This document shows, one piece after another, positions 52,801-64,000 of a DNA stretch of 64,000 bases. The stretch's first letter is position 1; each line of letters starts with the position of its first letter. The stretch is from Monocercomonoides exilis PA203. Its lineage: Eukaryota > Protista > Preaxostyla. The notes under the pieces are model-generated. The model saw nothing but the letters and a program-made list of their open reading frames with translations, was not told the DNA's origin and did not search any database. The stretch lies in assembly GCA_001643675.2 (NCBI GenBank), contig LSRY02000010.1, forward strand, positions 1,364,001 through 1,428,000, in the 5' to 3' direction. The position numbers were made by a program, and so were the translations under genes.

Positions 52801-55800
52801 AGTGACTGAGGAAGGAGAGGAAGAAGAAGGAGAAGAGGAGGAAGAAGAAGTTGAAGAAGAAGAAGATGATGATGATGAAACTGTTGATGTTGTTGGTGGT
52901 GCTGATACAAGAGGAGGCTTTTGGTGTGGAACAAACGAAGCAGAAAGAGAAGAAAACGTATCTTCATGTGAAGCAGAAGCAGAAGAAGAAGAAGAGAAAG
53001 AAGATGGAACAGTTGCTGTCAGCTTTTGTGGAGCATTAGCATTAGCACCTCCATTCATATTCATGTTATTCATGTTAACATTGCCAATGATGTTGAGAGG
53101 TGTGGCTGGTCTGGCAGACAGAGGAGGTTGCATCGAAGGCACAAAAGGTGCAGAAGAAGTGGAAAGACCAGCAGAAAGATGAAAATTGGGAGGTCTTTGA
53201 GAAGAAGAGGAAGAAGAAGATATTGATGACAATGATAATGATGATGGTTTTAGAGAAGGTGAGGTTGAAGAAGAAGAAGAAATAGAAGATGGAGTGTATT
53301 CAGGTGCCAGTAAAGAAAGTTGTTTTGAAGATGACGAAGACAATGAAGAAGAAGAAGAAGAAGATATTGAGGAAGAGGAAGAGGAAGAGGAAGAGGATGA
53401 TGATGATGATGATGATGGAAAAGAAGAAGGAGAAGGAGATAATCCAGGAACATTCATATGAGGAGCAGGTGTTTCAATCAAAGGCCCTCTCTTTCTGTAT
53501 CCAAACATATTCAGTGCCAGCTGCCTCACAAATGGATCATATTTCACAAATTGTTGTTGTTGTTGCTGCTGCTGTTGCAATGACATTTGCTGAGCAGACT
53601 GCAATGAATGCGAAACAGACTGAAGAAGCATCGAAACAGCCTCTGGGTTGAAGTCGTCGTTGTTCAATGGCTCCATCCGCAATGAATGTGAACTGAGCAG
53701 TTTCTGAGCATCGTAAGTGCGGCGGATGAGGAGGTGTGCGAAAACAGCTGGGCAAGTGATGCAAGGCGGAGAGCTGATGACAGCAGCACCGGGAGTGAGA
53801 GGATGAGAAGAGGAGGATGAAACAAGGGGCTGAGAAGAAGAAGAAGAAGTTGAAGTGGAAGAAGAGGAAGAAGAAGAAGGGGGAAGGTTGGGCTGGATGA
53901 CTGGGCCGAGGGAAAGAGGGCTGGAAGGAAGAGTTGGAGGGAGAGAAGTAAAGAGAGGAGGATGGGGTGAAGGATGATAAGGGGGCATGAGAGAGAGAGA
54001 AGAAGAAGAAGAAGAGGAAGGGAAAGATGAACAAGCAGATGAAGATGATGATTGTGATTGAGCCAATGAAGCCTGTGCTGCTTTAAATGCAGCCATGTCT
54101 TCGTGTAAAGGAAATAGCGATTCTTGAGACAGCTGCAGGGCATGGAACATCATCTGTATCTCAAATTTGACATACATCCGAAGGGGAAGCAAGCTTATCT
54201 GGTTGAGCAGAGCGAATATAGACATCACCCAAGGTTGGCTGGGGGTGAAGACAGCTGAGTTTTTGATAGCGTAGAAGATGCGGCAGACAAAAGCGAGCAC
54301 AAGAGACAACCTTCCTTCTGTGTAGCCAAACATGATCAGCTGTTGGATGTCTAGTTGTTTGGCGAGGATGGGCTTGTTGTGCTTGAGAGTAAGCAGACCG
54401 ACGAATGTGCCGATGAGACGGAGGTGCTGCTTGACATTGGTGACATTGTCGGAAATGGAATTGAGAGAATGAGAAGGAAGAGTGGAATGAGAAGAGAGAG
54501 AAGAGGAGAGAGAAGAAGAAGGATTGAGAGAAGGGGTGAATGTGTGGATGGAGGAAGAGGAAGAGGAAGAGGAGGAAGAAGAAGAAGATGATGATGATGA
54601 TGATGATGTGATGGAAGAAGAAGGAGGAGAAGGAGAAGGAGAAAAAGAAGGTGAAAGTGATTGAGTGTTGGCACTGTTATTGTTGTTTCCTGATGAAGAA
54701 GCAGAATTATGTGGAGTGAGGATGGAAGACAAGTTGATTGGATTTTGTGGCTGTGGCATTGTGAATGTGACTGCAGTTGAACCAGATGAAGATGAAGAAG
54801 AGGAAGAAGAGGAAGAAGAGGAAGAAGAGGAAGAAGAGGAAGAAGAGGAAGAAGAAGAGGAAGAGGAAGAAGAAGCTGAAGAAGAAGCCGATGATGTATT
54901 ATTATTACTCACTCCCTGTGGATGCAGTGGAGTTGAATGCATCAGCACAATAGCTGTCTTTATGCATTGAGTGAGCACTTGTCTCTGTAGCACTTTGTCG
55001 TGTGTGTTGCAGATGAAGTCAGCATAACTCTGCAGATGCTGCTCTTCCTGTGACACCCTCACAAACAGAATGTATTTGGCGATGAATTGCACAAAAGATG
55101 GAGAGGAAGGCGGGGGAGGAGGAGGCATGTTTGCCAAGTCAACCAATCCATCTTGTCTTTTTGCAATTTCTTTCTTCAGCATCGATGCATATGTGTCAAC
55201 ATGGCTCTGATAGGACTTTCTGTGTTTGTCTGTCTCCTTCTGCAGCTTCTGAGCGAAGGCAATTGCATCGTCTTCGGTTGTGGCTGGGGAGATGTTGTTC
55301 CAGCAGCGTGTGATGTATGCTTGCAGCTGATGAGGAGGAATGTCAATTACATCGTTCTCTTCACTCACTGCTTGATTCATTGAAGCAGGCACCATCAGAG
55401 AGAACGAGGAGACGACTGAGGAGAAAGTGCCACGGCGGTAGGAAAGAGGAGGAAGAGAAGAAGATTGCTGCTGCTGCTGCTGCTGCTGCTGTTGTTGTTG
55501 TGTTGATTGTGACTGAGACTGTTGAGACTGTTGTTGCTGAGTGGTTGTATAGAGAGAAGGAGAAAATGTGGGGATGGGTGAAGGGAAGGAGGATAAAGAG
55601 GGGAATGATGGAGTGGCAGCGAAGGGATGCTGGTGAGAGAAGAAAGAAGAAGATGTGGATGATGATGAAGAGGAAGAGGATGAAGAAGAAGAATTCGTTG
55701 GAGTATAATATTGATTTCCCATTGGATTGGATGGGTATGTATCGTTAGATGCAGTCAAACCAGGTGGAAGTTGAGTGATTAAAGAAGAAGAAGACGACGA

Positions 55801-58800
55801 TGATTGCTTTAAAGATTTGTTTGAAGGAAGAACAAATGCAGGGGCAGAAGCAGACAATGAAGATGTGGAAGAAGAAGAAGAAGAAGCATTTTGTTTCGAA
55901 ATTGACAGAAAAGAGGGAGAATTTGAAGGAGTGAATGGAGCAATGGATGCACTGAGTGAAGGAGAAGGTGTGTTTGAGGGAGAAATATTTGAATCTTTCA
56001 GCTGTTTCGCCTGTTGTTTACTCAAACCTCCTCCTTGTGCTTCAGAAAGCTTTCCTAATTTCTCCTGTTTCTGTTTATTTTCTTTATCTTTCTCTTCTTT
56101 CTCTCTCCTTTCTCTCTCCTCCTTTTCTCTTTCTCTTTCTCTTTCCTTCTCTTTCTCTCTTTCCATTTCCATCTCTCTCTCCAACTCTATCTTCGCTCTT
56201 TTGTCTTCCTCATCCATCTCCTCCCTTGCCATCCTCGCCTTCTCCATCTCAAACGCTGCTCTTGTTCTTTCCTCCTCCATTCGCATTGTCTCTCTCATCT
56301 GATACTCCCTCTTCCTCTCCTGCTCACTCTCTCCTTCTCTCAACAGCTGCACATCTTCTTCTCTGCTCACACGCACTTCCAGCTCCCACATCATCCTTCT
56401 TGCCTCTCTCTCTGCTTCTTCTCTCCCTTTCCTTCTCCTTCCTTCTCCTTCCCCTCCTTCTCCTCCTTCCTCTTCTCCTCCTTCTCTCTCCTCCTCCCTC
56501 CTCCTCAGCACCTCCTCCACCTCCCTCACAAACACCTGCTGCTCCTTCCTCATGGCTGGCATTGCGATTATCTCCCTCGCCATTTCTTCGTTCTCTTTGT
56601 AGTCAAATGCAGCCCTCATCTGGATGATCAGATAGATTGCTGTGCCAAACTCCATCGACTGCGGAGGAAAGGCCAGCCAGCTGCAGAGACAAGAGCAGAC
56701 ATCTTTTCTCTGCTCTTCTGACACCATCCGCCTCACAAACATCTGCCCCACCACAGCTGACACTCTTTCAATCACTTCTTTCATCTGAGATGGGAGAAAG
56801 AGAAGAAGAGACAAGATGATCTGTACAGTTGGCACGACACTTAATGCTTCCACTTGAAAGCTTGGAGAAATCTGAGGAAAGGGAGGAAGAGGAGGAAGTT
56901 GGGAGGTTTGTGTTTGTAATTGAGAATTTCCTTGTTGTTGTTGTGATGATATCATTTTAGCTCTGTTTTCTTGCTCTTCCCTTGTCTGCTGATACGTATT
57001 GATGTCTTCCTCTCTCTTCTGTGTGATGATCAGATACCTTCTGAACTGCTCAGCCGATTGCTCAATCTTTTCAATCAGCTCTTCCACTCTTGTCTTTCCC
57101 AGCACAAGCTCAGCAACCCTCTTCCTTGCCAGCTGTCTGCCTTCTTCGAGTGGAGAAGGAGGGTTGGATGGATCAGGAGGAGGAGGCATCTGCAGAAGCT
57201 GTTGGAGCTGTGGATCCAAATTGTGCAAGGAAAGAACTTGAGATGGAGGTTGGACTTGTTGTGACAGTGACTGAAACTGCAAGTGATATTGTTGTTGTTC
57301 CAGTTGTTGTTGTTGATGATGATGGTGTTGTGTTTGAGATTGAAGTTGTGATTGAAGTTGTTGTGCTGACTGTAACTGCAGCTGTATCTGCATCTGCATC
57401 TGTTGTTGTGTCTGAGACTGAACAGATTGTTCAGTCTGTTGCAATTGCTGTGACTGCAGATATTGCAACTGCTGCTGCAGACTCTGCTGATTTGGCTGCA
57501 CTGTGTCTGCAATCTGATACAATGGCTGTACAATCATCGGCTGGAATGATTGCTCTTGTGGTTCTTCTGTTGCTGTTGAGACTTCTGTTGATGCAGATGA
57601 AGATGAAGATGAAGAAGAAGAAGAAGATGATGATGATGATAATGATGAAGATATTGTTATATTTGTTGAAGAGACAGGGGGTGTGGCTGTCACATCCATC
57701 GAAGGAATCTCATATGTCATTGATGTCATTTCTCGTGTGCCAGAAAAGTCAACGTGAGTAGCAGTGCTGTTTTCTGGTTGAGAAGCAGTTAAATTCTCTT
57801 CTGGTGCAAACAACACAAGTTTTGGTTGGATTATCCCGATGTTTGGATGATATTGAATGGTTTGGCTTTTCTCTTCTTTGCTTTCTTCATTTTCTTCTTC
57901 TTCATTATCTTCTTCTTCCTCCTCCTCCTCCTCCATATCTTCTTCTTCTTCTTCTTTTGCTTCTTTCCTTTCATTTTCTCCCTCTTCAACATGTTTATTA
58001 TCATTGGAATAAAGTTCTTCTGGTGCTTGCTGTTGCTTTGCCATTTTAATTGAAAGTGTTTCATCTTCTTGTTGTGTTTCATTCTCTTCTTTCTTTTTCT
58101 TTTTGCCTTTGTTGTTCTCTTTCCCTTTGGATGTTTCGTTCTTTTTCTTTTTCATTTTCTCTTTCTCTTCTTTCTCTTTCTCTTTCCTTTCTCTCTCTTC
58201 TTTCTCTCTTCTTTCTCTTTCTTCTTTCTCTTTCTTTTCCTTCTCCTCTTTCATCTTTCTCTCTCTTTCTTCCTTTTCCTTCCTTTCTCTTTCCTCTCTC
58301 TCTCTCCTTTCTCTCTTCTTCTTCTCTTTCTTCTCCCTTCTCTCTTTCTCTTCCCTTTCTCTTCTTTCTCTCTCTTCTTTCTCTTTCCTTTCTTTCTCTC
58401 TTTCTCTCTCCTTCTGCTTCTCCCTTTCAAGTTCCCTCTTCCTCTCTCTCTCTTTCTCTCTCTCTCTTTGCTTTTCCTTCTCAAGTTCTCTTTGTCTCAA
58501 CCTTTCCCTCTCTCTTTCTCTGTCTCTTTCTCTTTCTCTCTCTTTCTCTCTTTCTCTTTCCAGTTTTCTTTCGATTTCTCGCTGCTTTTCTCTCTCTCTT
58601 TCTGCTTCTCTTTCTTTTTCTTTCTTCAATTTCTCTTCTTCTTTCTGTTTTTGTTCCAATTCTTGTTGTTGAGCTTGGATTTTATCTTTCTCGTTCTCTT
58701 CCTCTTTCTCCTCCTCTTTATTTTCTGTACTCTTTTCCTTTCCTTCTTTATCTTTCTTCTGAATCTGTTGATCTTTCTTTCCTAATTGAACAATCTCTTC

Positions 58801-61800
58801 ATCTGCTTCTTCTCCTTTTTCCTTCTCTTCTCCTTCTCTTCCTTCTCCTTCTCCTTCTGCCTCCATCTCCACCTCCCCCACAATCATCGTATCGTCTGCG
58901 GATGCTGTCGAAGCAGGAGTCTGAGCAGGCAAAGGAGATGGGCTGTCCATTTGTGCTGTTGGAGTGACGGAGAGAGAAGACAAAGGAATCAGCAGAGAAT
59001 CATCTGTGTGTGTCATAAACGTGGACGCTGCTTCGGAAATCTCAGAATTTTTGCTTTTTAAAAATTCAGATTGTGATTTTGATTCTTTTTGGGATGAAGA
59101 ATTGTCTTTTTCTTGTTTTGTTTCTTGTTTATTTTGAGAAGATGTCTTTGAATTTTGACTTTGTTTTTGCTTTTCTTCCTTTTGTTCTTTCGCTTTTTGT
59201 TCCTTCGCTTGTTTGCTGTTGTTCTGCTTCTGATTCTGAGTCTGAGGCTGTTGTGTTGAATTCTGTGAATCTTTCTTCGCTTTCTGATTCTTCTCCTTTT
59301 CTTTTTCTTTCTCCTTCTCCTTTTTATTCTCTTGTTTCTGGTGTTGATTATCTTGTTGTGTCTTCTCATTCTTCTTCTGTTGTTGTTGTTGTTGTCTTTC
59401 GAGTCTTTCCTGTTTTTCCTTCGCTTTCTGCTCTTGTTTCTGCTTCTTTTTGCTCAAAACTTGTGGCTGTTGATTCTGTTGCTGTGTTTGCGATTGAGAT
59501 TGCGATTGTTGTTGCTGCTGCTTCTGCTTTCCTTTGCTTGTCATTTGTGTTTGTGTTTGTTGTTGGCTCTGTTTCGTCTGTGTTTGAATCACTTCTTTTC
59601 CTCCTTTCTCTGCTTTAGTCGCAGAAGAAGAAGAAGCAGAAGCAGAATCAGAAGCAGCAGCAGAAGAAGCTGAAGAAGCATCCATCGCCTCCTTCTCCTT
59701 CTCCTTCATCATCTCGTGCTGTCTGCTTATTTCTCTGCTCACTTGTGCCTGTGGATTGCACAAATGCTGAGCATACTGAGGAAACTGCGCTGCATCGCAC
59801 AGAGCAGAATACAGACGAGACGAGGAATGGAGCAGCGTAACATACGAAAGAGCATCAGGATGGTGTCGGTACAAATGTGTGTTGTGCATGAAGAACGAGA
59901 AAAGAGTGACGGTATTCCGAGCTGGAATCTGATAAGTCGAGATGCCAAAGGTGTCCATCCTTTCTTTCCCGTCTCTGTCCACCAGCTTCTCCTGCATCCT
60001 CCCTCTGAAGATGGAATTTCGCACTGAGTTGATCTCCTCTGGCTCTGAATACATTGTTGTCCATTGGATCTTCGTCCCTGCTGAGCCCAGGCCGAGTGCA
60101 GTGAGGTCGACAAACGATGCCAATTGCTGATTCTCCTTCACCAGCTCCAGCAGCGTCTGGCAGAACGACGCCAGCTTCGAGGAAATGCGGTGGCTCAGAA
60201 GAGAAACAGAGAGAAGTGGGCAGCTGAGCGGGGCAATCATGAAGGGAAAGAGAGAGATGGCCAGGTTTGTGGGCGTGGGAGACGAAAAAGGAGAAACTGG
60301 CTTTGTGTTCGGCTGGAAGATGACTGTGCGGAAATGAGCAGCAATCTCAAAAATTCTTCTCTCCACTGAATGTGTGCACGCTATCCAGATCGGCGCCGTT
60401 GCCTCTCTCGCTCTCTCTCCTTTGTCTGTGCGCTCTTCTTCGTCGTCTTCCATCCCGTCGATCTCTGCCTCTTCCTCCAACTTCCACTTCTGCTGCACAA
60501 ACTCCTCCAGCCACTCTTCCACATCCAGCTGCTTTTGAGAGGCACAATACAACACACAGTCAATCACAAGGCCATAAGACAGACAGCGGAAAGGGAAGGA
60601 GAAGTAGATGGGGATGATATCCTTGTCGGTTCGAGGGAGCGTCATTGGCTGGGGAGAGGAAGAGGAAGATGAAGATGATGATGACGATGACGATGACGAT
60701 GAATCCTTTGCACTGCCACTTCCTCTGAGTCTTCGCATCTTCCTCTGCTTGGAAAACATTGTGAACACACTCAGCAGGTCCTCAGCAACATCTGGGCAGA
60801 TCGCATAGAGCCATCTTCTGTCTATTGAATGGATGACAGAAAGTGTATAATAAGCAGAAGCAGCATAAGACATCAGCTCAAGCGATGAAAAGGGGTCAAT
60901 TTCTTGTTTGAATGCCAGTTCTGGCAGAAGAGTGAGGGTGGATGGCTGAACAAACAGCTGCAGCACCAGAGTGACTGCAGGAGAAGAAGGACACTTTGAA
61001 AATAAACGTGACAGGCACATTGCTTCTACAGCTGAGACAAAGTGAGGAGGGAGCAAGAAAAGGCGGAGGAGAGCGAGAGGAAGGAGAGAGACATCACGCG
61101 AGGCATAAGCTTTGTTGATGGTGGCCATTGTGCGCAGAAGAGGAGGGATTTGATAGTCCTGCATGCCATTGATTGATGACGTGGGAAGAGGGAAAGCAGT
61201 TTTGTTTCGGGCAGATGAGAGCAGAGACAGAGGGATGGGGGGAACAGGTGTGTCTTCATTGGCAAGGAGTCTTGAGAGTGCATAGAAATAACAGTTGATG
61301 TCGCTGACTGAAGAGGAAGAGAGTATCAGAAGCGAGCAGAGCAAAGTGTCAGGCACAAGCGTGGCCACCAGAGTGAAGATGGAGAACGCTGCCTGGAGGA
61401 CAGCCGCGACGTCGAGTGAGTCTTTGCCCTCAGAATAGCACAAGTTGATGATCGGGGGAAAGCTGTACGCCTTCAGCCACTTCGTGATGACTGCCATGCT
61501 CTGCGCTTTCCATCCGTTTGGCGGGAGAGGAGGGACAGGGCCAGCTAAGTTCTCTGAGATGTGCTTTTCGAAAGGAAGGAAGGAGAAGAGGATGTTTGGA
61601 TTGAGTCTCGCAATAGCAACGCCAGCGATGGTGGTGAGGGTGAGGGTGATGTCGAAGACGGAGAAAGCAGAAGAGATGTTGTACAAGTCAGACAGCACGA
61701 GAGAAGAGGGAAGATGAGGATATTCCCAGTCGGCTAGTGAAAACGTGTTTTGGGGAATGGATTTGTCGGGGGAGGGAGAAGAGGAAGAGGAAGATGATGA

Positions 61801-64000
61801 TGTAGATGATGTTGTTGAAGGAGAGGAGGAAGAAGAAGCAGAAACTGATGCTGATGATGCTGATGATGTTGATTGTGATGCACTTTTCGCTTTACTTGCC
61901 TCGTTCATTGCTTGTCTCTCCTTCACTCTGATTTGAATCAATCTTTCTGTCACTCTTCTTTCCATCTGCGGCGGAAGACACGCAAAGAAAAGATCATCCG
62001 GCGAAGAAGAAGGAATCATACTTTCTCCACCTTTTTCTTTGGATTTGGATGGAATTTCTTCGCTTGCTGTGCTATTTGTGCTTTGTATGTCTGTTTTGTT
62101 GGATTCTTTGCCTTTTCCTTTCTTTTTCTCTTTCTCGTTGTCTTCTTTTTCTCTTTCTTCCTCCTCCTTCTCTTCATCCTCATTCCCTCCATCCTCTTCA
62201 TCCTCTTTCTTCTCCTTCCTTTCTCCTTCTGTTCTGATCTCTCCCCATCCACTCCACATGCTTGTCTCTTCGTCTGCATCTCTTCTCTTCATCTTCTTCA
62301 TCTCTGCAAATGACACATGGCTGTCTGTCAGCCTCAAAAACGTCATGAAATACTTCAGCTGCACCGAAATGTCCTGCCAAAGCAAGTGCGACACACACAT
62401 CTGCGTCTTGTCGGAGAAGCTGTTGAAGCGGAACCGCTCCAGCATAGCCAGCTCCTCCCTCCTGTTTGCCTCTCCCTTCGAGCGATGCTTCGGAATGGGC
62501 GTTTGCTCTGTGATGGATGCCACCACTGCTGCCAGCGTCGATGCATTCACCGTCACCAGCTGGTGGAACGGGAACGGCTTGAGCTTGGCCTTCTTGCTGA
62601 TGGCTTCGGCAGTCAGCCCTTCCTTCATCTCTGGCTGCAGTGCAGACGCAGACGCCCTCACAGAGTTCTCTATGCGCTTCATGAACACTGTTGTCCGCTC
62701 CATCTCGCCGTTCAGCAGAGGAAGCGGCAGAGTGCTCAGCTGAAAAACAGAATTCTGCACATCGCTGGACATCGCTTCAAAGGCAGCATCGGAGAAAAAA
62801 GGCTGCTGGAAAAACTGTTTCGCGTCGGGTGAGACAAACAAGAAGATGAAATATTCGAGTAATCCGATGCTCTTCAGAGAAGAAAGGTAAGACCAGCCGA
62901 ACGGCTGCTCCCGCTGCTTGTACATGTTCAGCTCTTCTTCGGGGCTGTCCACGATTATCTGCTCAATCAGCTCGCCGCTGTCGAGATGGATTCCGCCTTC
63001 GATTGGAGTGTCCAGACAGTCAACCACGTCTTTCACATCGGCTGTGACATCGCCCATCAGCCGCAGCTTCATCTCGTTCTGGCGATGCTTTGGATCGCGC
63101 CTGTGCTGCTCGAAATACACGGCTAGCATTGATACCCCGCAGACTTTGCAGTATACATTTGGCTGAGAAAATGTAGCTTGAAGTTGTTTGGAATTTATTG
63201 GATCGTTTTGCAAAGAAACATTGGCATTTGGCTGATATATCACATAGATCATCTTTGGAAGTGTAAATTTTGTCGATTCCCAGCCTTTCCACTTCCCAAT
63301 GTTCCACACAACATCAAAGCTTTTTATTACAAATTGCTCAAACATATGATAATCCATTTGAGGATGGTTTCTTAAATATGAATGTCTTAAAACTGCTATA
63401 AGCGCATGTAAAAACTGTTCATATTCTTTTGATGCTTTAGCCTCTCGAGGAATTAAATGTAGCTGTCTGACCGCATGCGAAAATGTTTCAAAGTTTGTGT
63501 TATACTGAAGTTGTGAAACAAATGCAAGATTTGAAAAAAGTGAATGTGCAGCATTCAAATCAAGTACCACTCCTCGAGTTTGTTCTCCATAAAAGTTAAC
63601 AAGCACTAAAATTTTATAGAATTTAATATTTATCGAAAAAATTAAAAAAATTATCTTGCAAACATGACAATTCCCCACATTCCAAGTATGATGACATAAG
63701 TGAAGCAGCAGTTCGCAAAATTTGATCATATATTCTTATTTCTTCCAGTTGTTCCATATAGCCATAAACAACAGATGAAGATATAGCTTGCAATCCTGAA
63801 TTCAAAAAATATGGTGCATTTTTCTGCTGCAGCTCAATAACGCGTTCGTTTATATTTTTAATATTCTCTATATAGCGATTTATTTTTTCTTGTTGGTGAA
63901 GAAACTCCGATTGCTATGAATATGGAAAAAAATGAAGCATAAAAATTAAAATATTAAAAAGCAAGGCAAACAGATTTTGAATTTAATCGTAAAAGTTCTA
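43834..64000 (-). CDS. CNOT1: Giant CCR4-NOT scaffold subunit 1 (CNOT1/Not1) homologue, >6,600 aa, 5' end beyond the window
   Basis: Domains in canonical order: TTP-binding HEAT (~57150-56560), CAF1-binding MIF4G (~55350-54120; FIAKYILFVRVSQE, IGTFVGLLTLKHNKPILAKQLD, VFTPSQPWVMSI, KFEIQ), CN9BD/DUF3819 (~52790-51280; VKNVLFKDF), NOT1 C-terminal domain (~45380-43890; QSPFLRIL, SPLVTPGFSFSYLKLISSPFF, HPSFI). Upstream exons 63664-63913 and 63972 onward splice in frame via GTTTG introns 63606-63663 and 63914-63971. Confidence 0.88.

Noticed and set aside
63606-63729. ORF-track N-terminus MIKFCELL... of the 6631-aa ORF
   Set aside because: It reads through an intron and the wrong frame of the upstream exon. 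The real gene continues beyond 64000.
1-64000. tRNA, rRNA, snRNA or CRISPR loci
   Set aside because: None recognised by eye. A covariance-model search would be needed to exclude small RNAs.

Overview
AT-rich eukaryotic genomic DNA with short spliceosomal introns, standard genetic code and very low-complexity (poly-Ser, E/R/K-rich) proteins. By inference it is an oxymonad such as Monocercomonoides, because the gene at 41.9-43.3 kb resembles the expanded hypothetical family I recall from that genome. 1-28 kb: a Ser-rich CaaX-tailed protein, an 8-TM tandem tetraspanin-like gene, a ~2800-aa Pmp-like beta-helix surface protein, two giant E/R/K-rich proteins and a small Lys-rich protein. 28.6-41.8 kb: a transposon graveyard with a decayed DIRS-type tyrosine-recombinase retrotransposon (gag, RT, RNase H, MTase, YR, 40-bp ITRs) nested inside a perfect 248-bp inverted repeat, two MITE-like units, two pogo-like DDE transposase copies and a second RT fragment. 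43.8 kb to the window end: a giant (>6,600 aa) CNOT1/Not1 homologue with an N-terminal matrin-type zinc finger, five PAM2-like motifs flanking its CAF1-binding MIF4G domain and an apparently truncated C-terminus. Most inferred introns start GTTTG rather than GTRAG. All homology calls are by eye from remembered motifs; no searches were run.
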